Below the pieces are notes generated by a model, which did not search any database, was not told where the DNA came from, and saw nothing but the letters and a program-made list of their open reading frames with translations. Shown here piece by piece: positions 54,195-63,581 of a DNA stretch of 64,000 nt (position 1 is its first letter; every line of letters begins with the position of its first letter). The stretch is taken from positions 37,661 to 101,660 of the IMG/VR virus record IMGVR_UViG_3300049582_000032; one strand, 5' to 3'. The translations under genes and the position numbers were made by a program. This DNA is from a virus.

Positions 54195-55526
54195 CTACAG
54201 CTCCGCATCCGCGATCCAGTGGAAGTAATAAAATCCCCCAGGTGAAAAGCTGTTCGTTGCGCTTTCCACAAAGAATGAACTATCCCCTATATGTATTGGA
54301 GATATGTTGACAGGGATATCTGCCAGGAAGTCTGCTTTCCCCACCTGCCCCTGATTGTATGAGTAGAATGTGATAGCTGGCGCTCCCCTCATCTTCACTG
54401 GAAGTCTCACCATGCTATCGTAGAAATATCGATTGGTGTACGCTAGACCGATATTAGGGCCAGGAGACAACAATGCTCCCCTAGCGACATCGAAACCATA
54501 GCTGCGCTGGTAGTATTGAAAGCACAGTTCCCGCTCAAGGTCTGTTGGCCTGTGCTCGAACTGAGTCTTTACTGAAGACAGTTCCAGTTGAGGGTTGGAC
54601 ATCGTGCCGACGCCGAAAGTGACCGTAGCGTTCGCGGACGGAGCCAGTGTGAACTGACCACCGTTGGCCACAGGAACACCGTTGACGGTCGCTGCCGATG
54701 TTCCTGTCCATGACAGGGTGTATATGCCGCCTTGGAGGATGTTTCTCCCCTGCACGATCTGTTGCAGAGATCCGGCTGTGATCGTGATGCCGTAGTTGGC
54801 TATTGTGAACGTGATGCCGGATGATCCAGCTTTCCATCTGTCCCTGATGTACGTTCCTGCTGAATAGGTGCCTGTGAATGCCGAAGCGCCAGTCCCAAGC
54901 CATTGGGAAAGCCAGAAAACAGGGTTGAGAAGAACGTTTCGGAAACCGAACCTTGATGCCGTAAGGATGTTCCCGGATTGTGTTGCGCTGGATTGGGCTG
55001 ATGTTGCGGATGCCGCCGCGCTTGTTGCGCTGTTTGCAGCTTGGGTTGCGGACGAAGCTGCGTTGGTGGCAGCGGTGGAAGCTGTTGCTGCATGGCCAGA
55101 CGTGATTGCTTCGCTTGCGCCGTGAAATGAAGTCAGCCGAAATGCAGTTCCATCATAGATGAACGTGTTGATGGATGACGCTCTGAGATCTCCAGGTTGC
55201 AGGTTTGTTCCGTCCGCTCTCTTGATCGTCGCTTGGCCCCTTCCATTGACGTTCAGCGTGGAGGAGCCTGTATTGGAGATCATGATCATGGCGTTGACCG
55301 TGAGGCCAGCCTGATAGCTCGTTATCGTGTAGCCGACAGTGACGGAATAGGTGTTGGCTGTCCCGGTTGCTACGGAGAACCCTCGCGTTCCTTGATTGAG
55401 TTCGTCAGATGAAGGAAGCTTTCCGAAACCTGACTCTATCGCCGTGAAGATGGCGTTCAGGCGGTTCGCATCTGCTGTCGTAAACCGTGAGAGAGGCGTG
55501 ACGTGATTGAAGTAGCTGTTCGCCAT
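54195..55526 (-). CDS. Tail fibre protein
   Basis: N-terminal anchor (NAIF.AIE.GF.KLP), Ala/Ser/Thr stalk, RN.L.NP.F..SQ...DRWK and T.FEHRP...E..LC..YY...ADAEL. Confidence 0.85.
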   Translation of the reverse strand: MANSYFNHVTPLSRFTTADANRLNAIFTAIESGFGKLPSSDELNQGTRGFSVATGTANTYSVTVGYTITSYQAGLTVNAMIMISNTGSSTLNVNGRGQATIKRADGTNLQPGDLRASSINTFIYDGTAFRLTSFHGASEAITSGHAATASTAATNAASSATQAANSATSAAASATSAQSSATQSGNILTASRFGFRNVLLNPVFWLSQWLGTGASAFTGTYSAGTYIRDRWKAGSSGITFTIANYGITITAGSLQQIVQGRNILQGGIYTLSWTGTSAATVNGVPVANGGQFTLAPSANATVTFGVGTMSNPQLELSSVKTQFEHRPTDLERELCFQYYQRSYGFDVARGALLSPGPNIGLAYTNRYFYDSMVRLPVKMRGAPAITFYSYNQGQVGKADFLADIPVNISPIHIGDSSFFVESATNSFSPGGFYYFHWIADAEL

Positions 55527-55528
55527 TT

Positions 55529-57601
55529 TTACCTCACGAGCCGTCTGTAGTTGTAGTGCAGGGTAACGCCATGCAGCGTGTGTGGCTCATGATAGTCACT
55601 TACGCTTATGACAGTCAGGCTCATGTTCTGCCCTATCCCGTCGATATAGATGTTGGCGACACCCTCTATCGGGCTTGACCACTTAAACTCGTTCCAGTTT
55701 GCTTCATTCCAAAGGCCACCGCCGCCATACACCAAGAAATCCTTCTCAGATGCTTGCGGGAGGGCCGTATCCCCGTATGAAAATGAGTATGTGATGGAGA
55801 GCTTACTTCTGGAAGCGGAATCGACCTCCAGAACGGCCTTGTGCCAGCGCTTGTCGTTTGTTGGACTGCCGACATGGTTGAACGGTATCCGCAAATATGA
55901 AACAAGTACGTCGCCGTCCGCTGAGGTTCCAGAATCCATCTGATAGACATCGCCGTCCGTGGAACCGAGAAACAGGACTTCTCTTCCCGTGCTATCCTCT
56001 CCACTCACCGTGCATGATGGAACGAAGTCCAGGTTGAACAGCATGGCCTCTGGCTGCTTTCTTCCGAAGTAGATGCTAAGGCCGCTGCCGTCCGACCAGA
56101 AAAGGCGGTACATATCCTTTGAGCGTATTCTCATGCTCCCGACAGCCTTGATGGCACCTTTTGCTTTCGACTCGATGTGAGGCTGCACCATCTGCGTTTT
56201 CGTGCCGAGAGAGAAGTTCCCCCATGACTGTGTTGCGTCAAGAGATCTGACGCCAACATGATCAAGGTAGAGTGGAGTCCCGATGAGTTGAGTTGTCCAT
56301 GGCTGTGCGCCGCTTTCGTTCGTGAGTGTCTTTAGCTGCCAGTTCTCGGAATTTGTGCCGTACAGAATACCGACCTTGTTCTCTCCGAAGATTGCCAATT
56401 CTCCAGTCGCCGTTGGGACGAGATCCGTGATCGGCTCGCCAATGCCGCCAAGCAGAGCGCCCTGTATGATCTCGAAATTCAGAGGCTTGAATATGCTTGA
56501 ATGGATGAAGCGGCCATCGTCGTATGAGAGAAACAGATGATCGGCGTGGGCAGCGATCCGGCTTGGGGTGTCGTTCGGCTCGCCTGTAAGGATTGGCGTC
56601 AGCGTCTGCCCATCGAACTCGAATGCAGGACCAACACCGTTCGCTCCGTATAGATTGAGCGTTCCGGTTGTAGCCATGAAGTTGTTCGTATCGAACGCAT
56701 ACCGACCTCCAGGAGGGAGCGTGATGTCACTCACCGTGCCATTGACGGTTGCGGACCCTGCGGATGTAGAGAGGATCGTTGAATTGTCCTGAAACGTGCC
56801 GACAACGCTTGTGATAATCAGCCTGCCAACAGCGTCGTTTGTGGTCCAATCCCCGTCCTGGAGAATGACTTTCCTAATGACGGCGGTTGCCCCTGGCGTT
56901 GATCCTGTCGTTTGCGTGATTGTCTCGCCTACTTGGAACTCAGATGTCCCGGCGTCAAACGAGATGGACTTGTGAAAAGCGATAGCAGACCAGCCAGAGG
57001 TTGTGGCTTTGTACATAACGCCACTTGTTCCAGCCTCATTGTCACGGAATGCGTACACATCGCCCTTGTAGATGGCGATTCCCCTGATAGGCCCCGAACC
57101 TGCCGGTTGCTGTATGAACCCTCTGAGGTAATTCCTCGCTGCCGCCCCCCACGATTCTTCAACTTCAAGACTAGGAGCTGCGCTTTCCTCAGGCGCTGAT
57201 GTCAGAACGCCTATCTCCACCCCTCCGAAGCTGATCGTTTCTCCTTGCAAGAGGCCGGTGTCTTCCATGATCGGGAAGGTGCCGACAGCATCGCCGTTGC
57301 TTGCTGAACCGGATTGAATGATGGTAGAGGCCAGGACATAGGCGGTCTTGCCGGATGCAGACCCTGTGATGTTGCCGCCGACAGGTGGGATGAACTTGCC
57401 GTCAGAAAACGTTATGACCTTATAGGTGGCTTCAGATGGCTTTGTCCGTCCATCAAATCTCTCCCAGCCTTCGATACGCTTGTATCCTCTTGCCGATGAC
57501 TCATAGTTTCGGCTGGCCCGGACTCTCCCTGGAGGAACAACAATCGATGGCGTAACCATGTCCATGCCGCCAACGAAACCAAAGTATTTCGCCTCTGTCA
57601 A
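55529..57601 (-). CDS. Tail nozzle / DNA stabilisation protein (tail tubular B-like)
   Basis: 690 aa, F.GG.D...P N-terminus, beta-propeller-like; between adaptor and fibre. Confidence 0.75.
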   Translation of the reverse strand: MTEAKYFGFVGGMDMVTPSIVVPPGRVRASRNYESSARGYKRIEGWERFDGRTKPSEATYKVITFSDGKFIPPVGGNITGSASGKTAYVLASTIIQSGSASNGDAVGTFPIMEDTGLLQGETISFGGVEIGVLTSAPEESAAPSLEVEESWGAAARNYLRGFIQQPAGSGPIRGIAIYKGDVYAFRDNEAGTSGVMYKATTSGWSAIAFHKSISFDAGTSEFQVGETITQTTGSTPGATAVIRKVILQDGDWTTNDAVGRLIITSVVGTFQDNSTILSTSAGSATVNGTVSDITLPPGGRYAFDTNNFMATTGTLNLYGANGVGPAFEFDGQTLTPILTGEPNDTPSRIAAHADHLFLSYDDGRFIHSSIFKPLNFEIIQGALLGGIGEPITDLVPTATGELAIFGENKVGILYGTNSENWQLKTLTNESGAQPWTTQLIGTPLYLDHVGVRSLDATQSWGNFSLGTKTQMVQPHIESKAKGAIKAVGSMRIRSKDMYRLFWSDGSGLSIYFGRKQPEAMLFNLDFVPSCTVSGEDSTGREVLFLGSTDGDVYQMDSGTSADGDVLVSYLRIPFNHVGSPTNDKRWHKAVLEVDSASRSKLSITYSFSYGDTALPQASEKDFLVYGGGGLWNEANWNEFKWSSPIEGVANIYIDGIGQNMSLTVISVSDYHEPHTLHGVTLHYNYRRLVR

Positions 57602-58284
57602 AGTAGCCTTCTAAAAACCTGCACGTTTTCCAGTTGGTCCATTTCAAGAAGACTTAACATTTCATTGTAGTTTTGTCTTGCCGTAGCAACAGCAAATCCG
57701 CCTTCGTCATGCTGGCTTAACAGAACGAGAGCGTACCATCCGATGACAGGCCGAAAACGCTGCGGGCATTCCGGGATGTCACCATCGTTCACAAGGATCT
57801 GTGGAGATCGGTAGTATTCTCCACGCACAACGTACACCTTGTCTGGCGTTGGCCCAAACATGAGAAGATTCGCTGGATCGATGGAGAAGCAGGCTGGTCT
57901 GGCCGGTTCCTGCTGCCCGATTTCGTACCTACGCTTGAAGCTGCGGCTGTCGATATGATACAGGAAGCCCTCATCCGACAGGCCGATAGAGTTGTCATAG
58001 ATGGACAGCGTATACGGCAGGGACACCCACCTTGCAAACCTGGTTATCCCCATCTGAATGGACGAGTACCTGTACATTCCAGGCTCGATCTCGGAAGTGA
58101 ACTCGCCGTGCATCCACCTCCACGAAACATGGTGGCTCTGGATCTTGTCCCAGGCCAGATCAACCCATCTTACAATTTTCCCGACCCGCCCTGTTTGTCC
58201 AACAACGGTCTGCGGCAGATCTTCCGCGATTGTTCCGCTTTCCCTTGCGACCATCTGGACGAGTTCAAGAAAATTATAGTCCAT
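57598..58284 (-). CDS. Head-tail adaptor (tail tubular A-like)
   Basis: NFLELVQ...ESG, WV..AW..IQ....WRW, GPTPD..Y...GEY and D.P..P.RF...I. Confidence 0.8.
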   Translation of the reverse strand: MDYNFLELVQMVARESGTIAEDLPQTVVGQTGRVGKIVRWVDLAWDKIQSHHVSWRWMHGEFTSEIEPGMYRYSSIQMGITRFARWVSLPYTLSIYDNSIGLSDEGFLYHIDSRSFKRRYEIGQQEPARPACFSIDPANLLMFGPTPDKVYVVRGEYYRSPQILVNDGDIPECPQRFRPVIGWYALVLLSQHDEGGFAVATARQNYNEMLSLLEMDQLENVQVFRRLL

Positions 58285-58288
58285 CTTG

Positions 58289-58825
58289 CTACTCTACGCG
58301 GGTGAACGACACTGCTTGCGTATAGATTGGCTCTCCAAGGCCAGCTTCTGTATCGCTCCTGTACCGGATCTGCTGAGCATCCAGAATGCAGCCCTGATAG
58401 ACGTACCATGGGATTCTCACAACCTCACCGACCTGGATACGGTACGCGATCCCGTTGTGAGCAAGAAGTGCGTCCTGTGCTTGGTCGTCGCCAATGCTGA
58501 GAATCTTGATCTTCACATAAGGAGGAAGACCATTTCTCTCACTTGAGGAATAGTCAGTGGCTGGCCGTGGCTTTTCTGGAGGACTATCAACCGCGACAAC
58601 CTTCGGTACGGTGATTGTGGCGTGTTCCCATGCTGACTTCACACGCGAGTACGTCTGGTGCTGCGTATCTGCGTCGGAATACTCGTAGCCCTGCTGCTTG
58701 CAGAACCATATCAGTTGAGAATGGTTTGCTTCTGAAACAGGGATATCAACCATCTCTTCCTGTTGATCTTCCGTTTCCGGCTGCTGTTTTGATAGCGGCT
58801 GTGGTGTCTCCTTTGCCATGCTCAA
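58289..58825 (-). CDS. Phage structural-region hypothetical protein
   Basis: NG..YRIQVGE.VRIP motif common between capsid and adaptor genes. Confidence 0.6.
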   Translation of the reverse strand: MSMAKETPQPLSKQQPETEDQQEEMVDIPVSEANHSQLIWFCKQQGYEYSDADTQHQTYSRVKSAWEHATITVPKVVAVDSPPEKPRPATDYSSSERNGLPPYVKIKILSIGDDQAQDALLAHNGIAYRIQVGEVVRIPWYVYQGCILDAQQIRYRSDTEAGLGEPIYTQAVSFTRVE

Positions 58826-59100
58826 TTACCCTTCAGCTTTGAAAGGAGAGCGTTGAACTGCCCCACAAGTTCTGTGACAGTCTCCCTGACATCGACGCTC
58901 TTTGCGTCAGACGCTGGAGGCTCAACCGGCTCTATGTCATCGAACGATGGAGATTCCTTGCTCTCCACAGGGGCAGTGGGTTTCTTGACCTCATCAAGGC
59001 GCTCATAGATATCGTCCGTCAGTTGCTTGAACTGAGCGAACTCTCCCCGAGACAGAACGGAAACAACCGCGTTTCGCTCGGCTTCATTTGCAAAAGACAT
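58822..59100 (-). CDS. Head-fibre-like protein
   Basis: C-terminal ELVGQFNALLSKLK motif. Confidence 0.5.
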   Translation of the reverse strand: MSFANEAERNAVVSVLSRGEFAQFKQLTDDIYERLDEVKKPTAPVESKESPSFDDIEPVEPPASDAKSVDVRETVTELVGQFNALLSKLKGN

Positions 59101-59116
59101 CCTGTTTTTCCTTCTC

Positions 59117-61960
59117 CTACGGTAAGGCTCCAAGGGTTTGGAACAAAGCAGAGCACCCGTAGTGCTTGCCCTGCTGGTTTGGGTGAATGGCGGCGTTTGC
59201 TTTTGGTGCCATTCTCTTCAACTCATTTACATCAAGAACATAAGAAGAATTGAGAAGTCTTGTTGGACGAAAGGCAGCCGCGCTCATAAGAGGCAGTGCC
59301 GGTTGTGTTGTTGTTCGGATTGGTCCATTGTAGAGCGGATAATCGAACAATTGTGTAGTGTACTGATTTGAAAGCAATTGGGTTGAGGTTAGAACCTTAT
59401 CTCCAATTCCGGTATTGAAGTCATGACCAAAATAGACTGAATCCTTGATGGTGTTGTTGCCGTAACTCTTTCCGTTACCAGTCGTTGAACTCACAAGGAT
59501 CAATGGAGAATGCCAGACTGTATCTATCAGGCTATCGTTTCCGGCCTCGTTCATTTCGTTCAAGCCGCCGAACTGGTTCTGAATGATGGTCGTATTTGTC
59601 ACATTCAGCCGGTTCCCTGGCCTTGAGTAGATCGTGTTGACAACGCGACTTTCTATAAGGCAATTAATGACGTTGTGATCATATCCTATTGGTTGTTCAA
59701 GAGGCTTATCATGCTCATAGAACGTGCTTTGGATATGCGGATAGGCATTGTCCCCAGGAGTAAAAATGCAGCTATCGAAGGTATGGTTTCTCCATCCAGG
59801 CTGATCCTTTGAGGAGTTCTGCACGTGATCGCAATGAGCAATGCCGCCGCTGCTGCTTTTCCTTCCCCACGTCCGGTAGAAGATGCACCGTCTGGCAGTG
59901 AAGTTGTCTTGCGGACCATCGGTTCTCAGGTGGTCAGACATCTGATCCGAAAAGACACAATCCTCAAATATAGTGTTTGGAGAATTTGCATTATAGAAAC
60001 CAATATCTCCAAAGTAGTGTAGTAATGATTTTTTAAATGTTATATTGGAGCAAGCGCCAGATACGCCAATTTGCATACCTCGCCCTTGGTTGTACCATCC
60101 GCTTGTTGGCCTGTACTTATCTGTCGCCCACAGTTTTTTGGCTGTCAGTGGCTTGAATCCGCACAGCTTTACATTCTCGAATGTCAGTCTTGTGCATGAT
60201 ATGCAATCGATCCCATAGTATTTTGCGCCCGCTGTTCCGACATCGCCTTGGTATACCCTGATGCCCTTGAAGACAATGTTATGGATGTTCCTTAGCATAA
60301 GGCCAGCAAACTCAGCGCCACCTGAGCCGGTTGTGAAGAATGTCTCGTCAGGAACCAGCAGTCCGCCTTCGGATGCAAGATACCCTCGATAAGGAAGGGT
60401 GTTGCAACGGATTTCGAGTGCAGCGCCGCCGCGAAAATCCTTGTTCTGCAAGGTGAGTTTGCCTTGCGATTTATAGTCGCCTTGCGTGATTTCGATGACC
60501 TCTCCAGGCTTTGCAGAGTTGAAGGCAGACACAAGCCCGGATACAGAGTTTACCGTGTACGTCGCTGGCCCTCCAGGACCTCCACCACCGCCTGAAGCAG
60601 CCACCGTTGTTGATCTCCTTGGCGAAGTCACAGTACCTACGGTTACATACGATTCCTGCACAGAAGAATTGATGCTTGCGGACGTGTGATATGAACTGAT
60701 CCAGTTTCCAGGTCCGATTGTACCTGCCGTTGAACCCTTGGACTTGATGTCAGATGCTGATGTGAATGACGAGCCGATGGAGTACGTAGGATTGCCACCG
60801 CCATACACGGCAATAGGTGTACCGGCAGAGATTCCGGTAACTTCCTTCTTGGCGAAAGCGACTTCCGATGAAAGCGGGACGTTTACTATCTCAGGAACAT
60901 CGATGTTGTCCGGGGTGCGATCCGCAATCCCCCAAAACACATCGTTCTCTTCCCAAGCCATTCTCCATACAAGCAGGTGGTTTTCGGATACAAACTCATT
61001 ATAAAGCTCGAACACGGCCCTTACGGTTCCGTTGAAGTCCGATCCCGGTATCTTTGTTCCACCGACAATGTACGGATCAGTTGAGTTGAAGAGAGTGCCG
61101 GTCGGTGATCCAGAACCATCGGGAAGCACTGTCTGTACAGCCTGATTGCAGAGCATCAAGGCTTCAGCACGGCCAGCTTTCCACGAACAACCGATGCCGT
61201 TTGCTCCCAACTGCTGGTACTCAAGAAGCAGGCGTCTTTGAAATGAAGTCCCGTTGTCGGACGTATAAAGCTCCAGTCCATCCGATCTCATCCAAAGCTG
61301 AAACGCCCTCTGATTGATTGGCCAGTTCGCCCAGCACAGGATACGCCCTCCATCCGTCGCCGTTGGAAGCGTGATTGACGCATATACGGCCCTGACTTCC
61401 CTTGCGTTTTCCCTCAGCTTGGCCGCTGTTGTCTCGATATAATTGCCTTCCGAGAACTTCATGGCCTGACCAAGCTGGTACGTCTCGTAGGTAGGAGCGC
61501 CTACGACTGTCCATGATGCCGGTGTTGGGGTTATGTCGAGCGGAGCGTTGTTGTCGAAGATCAAGCCAAGCCTATATCCTGCAAGGGCTTCATCCGCCGT
61601 CTGGAAACCGCCACCAGGTTGTGTAGCACCTGATTTACCCCAATAATAGTTGATCTTGTTGACGCCCCCGGTGAACGTCCCGATCAGCAGTATTCTTCCC
61701 CCTGGCGTGCGCTTGTGAGAAAACCTTACACCATTCTCATGCCGGAACCTCAACGCTCCGGTATCCGCCTTTGCTGGCGCACTGATGATATTCGTGACAT
61801 CAACGACAAGAGGATAAAGATTGGCATTTGTTCCTGGCAGAGACGCCGTGGTGAGTGATGCCGTGCTCGTCCATGTCGTAAGGTCATCGTCCCCGACTTC
61901 AGAGATCGGGTTTCTTGCAATCGGCCTATGACGTGCGGACATGGGGAAACGTCTCATCAA
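59117..61960 (-). CDS. Spike/depolymerase: LamG-like domain, Gly linker and right-handed parallel beta-helix
   Basis: AKPGEVIEITQGDY then I.F.N/D repeats (NIVFKGI, LTFENV, NITFKKS, TIFEDC, HTFDSC). Confidence 0.7.
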   Translation of the reverse strand: MMRRFPMSARHRPIARNPISEVGDDDLTTWTSTASLTTASLPGTNANLYPLVVDVTNIISAPAKADTGALRFRHENGVRFSHKRTPGGRILLIGTFTGGVNKINYYWGKSGATQPGGGFQTADEALAGYRLGLIFDNNAPLDITPTPASWTVVGAPTYETYQLGQAMKFSEGNYIETTAAKLRENAREVRAVYASITLPTATDGGRILCWANWPINQRAFQLWMRSDGLELYTSDNGTSFQRRLLLEYQQLGANGIGCSWKAGRAEALMLCNQAVQTVLPDGSGSPTGTLFNSTDPYIVGGTKIPGSDFNGTVRAVFELYNEFVSENHLLVWRMAWEENDVFWGIADRTPDNIDVPEIVNVPLSSEVAFAKKEVTGISAGTPIAVYGGGNPTYSIGSSFTSASDIKSKGSTAGTIGPGNWISSYHTSASINSSVQESYVTVGTVTSPRRSTTVAASGGGGGPGGPATYTVNSVSGLVSAFNSAKPGEVIEITQGDYKSQGKLTLQNKDFRGGAALEIRCNTLPYRGYLASEGGLLVPDETFFTTGSGGAEFAGLMLRNIHNIVFKGIRVYQGDVGTAGAKYYGIDCISCTRLTFENVKLCGFKPLTAKKLWATDKYRPTSGWYNQGRGMQIGVSGACSNITFKKSLLHYFGDIGFYNANSPNTIFEDCVFSDQMSDHLRTDGPQDNFTARRCIFYRTWGRKSSSGGIAHCDHVQNSSKDQPGWRNHTFDSCIFTPGDNAYPHIQSTFYEHDKPLEQPIGYDHNVINCLIESRVVNTIYSRPGNRLNVTNTTIIQNQFGGLNEMNEAGNDSLIDTVWHSPLILVSSTTGNGKSYGNNTIKDSVYFGHDFNTGIGDKVLTSTQLLSNQYTTQLFDYPLYNGPIRTTTQPALPLMSAAAFRPTRLLNSSYVLDVNELKRMAPKANAAIHPNQQGKHYGCSALFQTLGALP

Positions 61961-62622
61961 GATACCCTTACAACAACATAGGACGATGCTTGTTGGAGAA
62001 CGATAGAGTCAAATACGCTAAACTTATTGACACGCATTGTACTTGGCACCAAGGCAGTATAGTACGCCATGCCGTGCCTGATGTGAGTTGATGCATTCAT
62101 TCTTGTAGAATCTGTAAATGAATGAGCAACCGCGTTGTTTATTATAACCCTGTGATTGCTTTCAATGCACTCAAGAGCGACTGTATTGACACCGCTGGCA
62201 GCATACGTATACGGCGTATCCGTCCACCCAGGAAAATTGGTTCCAACGTAGTCCTGTTGAATGCCTATACTCAGAGTTCCGTTGCCGACGCCGTTCGCGT
62301 TCGGCCTGAATAAAGCGTAGTAGCAATTTCTCGGAAAAGGAGTGCTCTGCGAATCTCGCATAAACAAACTGAATGTCTCGTCACCACCCTTCATATCAAC
62401 TTCAATCTGGATGGCTCTATTCATAGAAAGCGTCTGGAGCTTGACGCCTACCCCAGCGCCACTGAATTTTATATCCCCGGAGCCGCCACCTGTCGCAGCA
62501 TTCGCGTTCGGATCAACTCCAAATGCAGCGCTATTCTCTGTGACTGGAGGAATGCGGCCAGAGATCGTAACTCCAGAACCAAGGCCAGTAAAATCATCCT
62601 CTGTGAGTATGGTCCCCGGCAT
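61957..62622 (-). CDS. Lectin/ConA-like structural protein
   Basis: Beta-rich; DDFT N-terminus and S.TDST...G C-terminal pattern. Confidence 0.5.
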   Translation of the reverse strand: MPGTILTEDDFTGLGSGVTISGRIPPVTENSAAFGVDPNANAATGGGSGDIKFSGAGVGVKLQTLSMNRAIQIEVDMKGGDETFSLFMRDSQSTPFPRNCYYALFRPNANGVGNGTLSIGIQQDYVGTNFPGWTDTPYTYAASGVNTVALECIESNHRVIINNAVAHSFTDSTRMNASTHIRHGMAYYTALVPSTMRVNKFSVFDSIVLQQASSYVVVRVS

Positions 62623-63552
62623 CTATCCGGTCCAGGCGTTCGAGTTGAGCGTATAGTGCATGTACGCAGATACCATGGTGACGGTGCCGGCTGTCACGGT
62701 CATGTTTAGCTGCACCTTCTGGCGCGCGACAAACGTATTGGCGGCTGTAGCATTCGCGTCTGCGCTGGCCGAAACCCCATTCGCGGAAGTCCCGGTGCCG
62801 GTGACATCCACGCCTGCAATCCTCAATGTCAAGGTTGCTGCTGGAGAACCAGTGCCAGTGAGAAGAGCGCCTGTAAGCCTCACGATTGTCCCTGACGTTG
62901 GCATGTCAAGGAGTTCATAAACACCTGTTGGGATGGCTGATCCGTTCGATTCCAATGTAATCCTGGACGGAAGAGGAACAGCATGTGTATGGTTTCCGGC
63001 TGCCGCTGCCCCTGATCCGCTGGCAAGCGTTACCACACCGGATGAAGAACTCGTGGCCGCTGGCAGGATGTCTACTGGAATCGTTCCCGTTACAATCTGC
63101 CCAGCATCAATCCCAGGGGAGAAAAGAACGGTATATCCGACAGTACCGGAAGCACGTCTTGCAACGATGTCTACTGTCGTAACACCGTTCGGAGCTTCAT
63201 CGACAAGGGCTATGCCGAAGATGTTCTCAAGGCCAGCGTTCTCAAAAAGATCATCCAGGGAAATCACCCTGCCGCCCGTAGCGTCTTGAATAAATGCAAT
63301 TGAGAGCACTACCGATTGGCCATCAGCGGCCAGCGCCGGGTAGTTGATCGGAGGCCATGTAAAGGCTCCTGAAAGATCTCCAGTAACCGTGTATCGAAGG
63401 ATGGTCCTGTTTGAGAAGTCGATATTGCCGACAGCACCGGAAAGCGTTGTTGCCGTATCGTAGATAACGCCTTTGGCGGCAGCACTCAGTTTCAGAGCCG
63501 CCTCTACCAGCATATCCGATGGCGGGCTTACCGTTGTCTCGATATCAGCCAT
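62623..63552 (-). CDS. Fibre-like structural protein
   Basis: IQDATGGR, ATSSSSGVV.L and AAGNHTH fibre motifs. Confidence 0.6.
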   Translation of the reverse strand: MADIETTVSPPSDMLVEAALKLSAAAKGVIYDTATTLSGAVGNIDFSNRTILRYTVTGDLSGAFTWPPINYPALAADGQSVVLSIAFIQDATGGRVISLDDLFENAGLENIFGIALVDEAPNGVTTVDIVARRASGTVGYTVLFSPGIDAGQIVTGTIPVDILPAATSSSSGVVTLASGSGAAAAGNHTHAVPLPSRITLESNGSAIPTGVYELLDMPTSGTIVRLTGALLTGTGSPAATLTLRIAGVDVTGTGTSANGVSASADANATAANTFVARQKVQLNMTVTAGTVTMVSAYMHYTLNSNAWTG

Positions 63553-63581
63553 GTTGCTGCGCTTTCAAATCCCAGGGCCAG

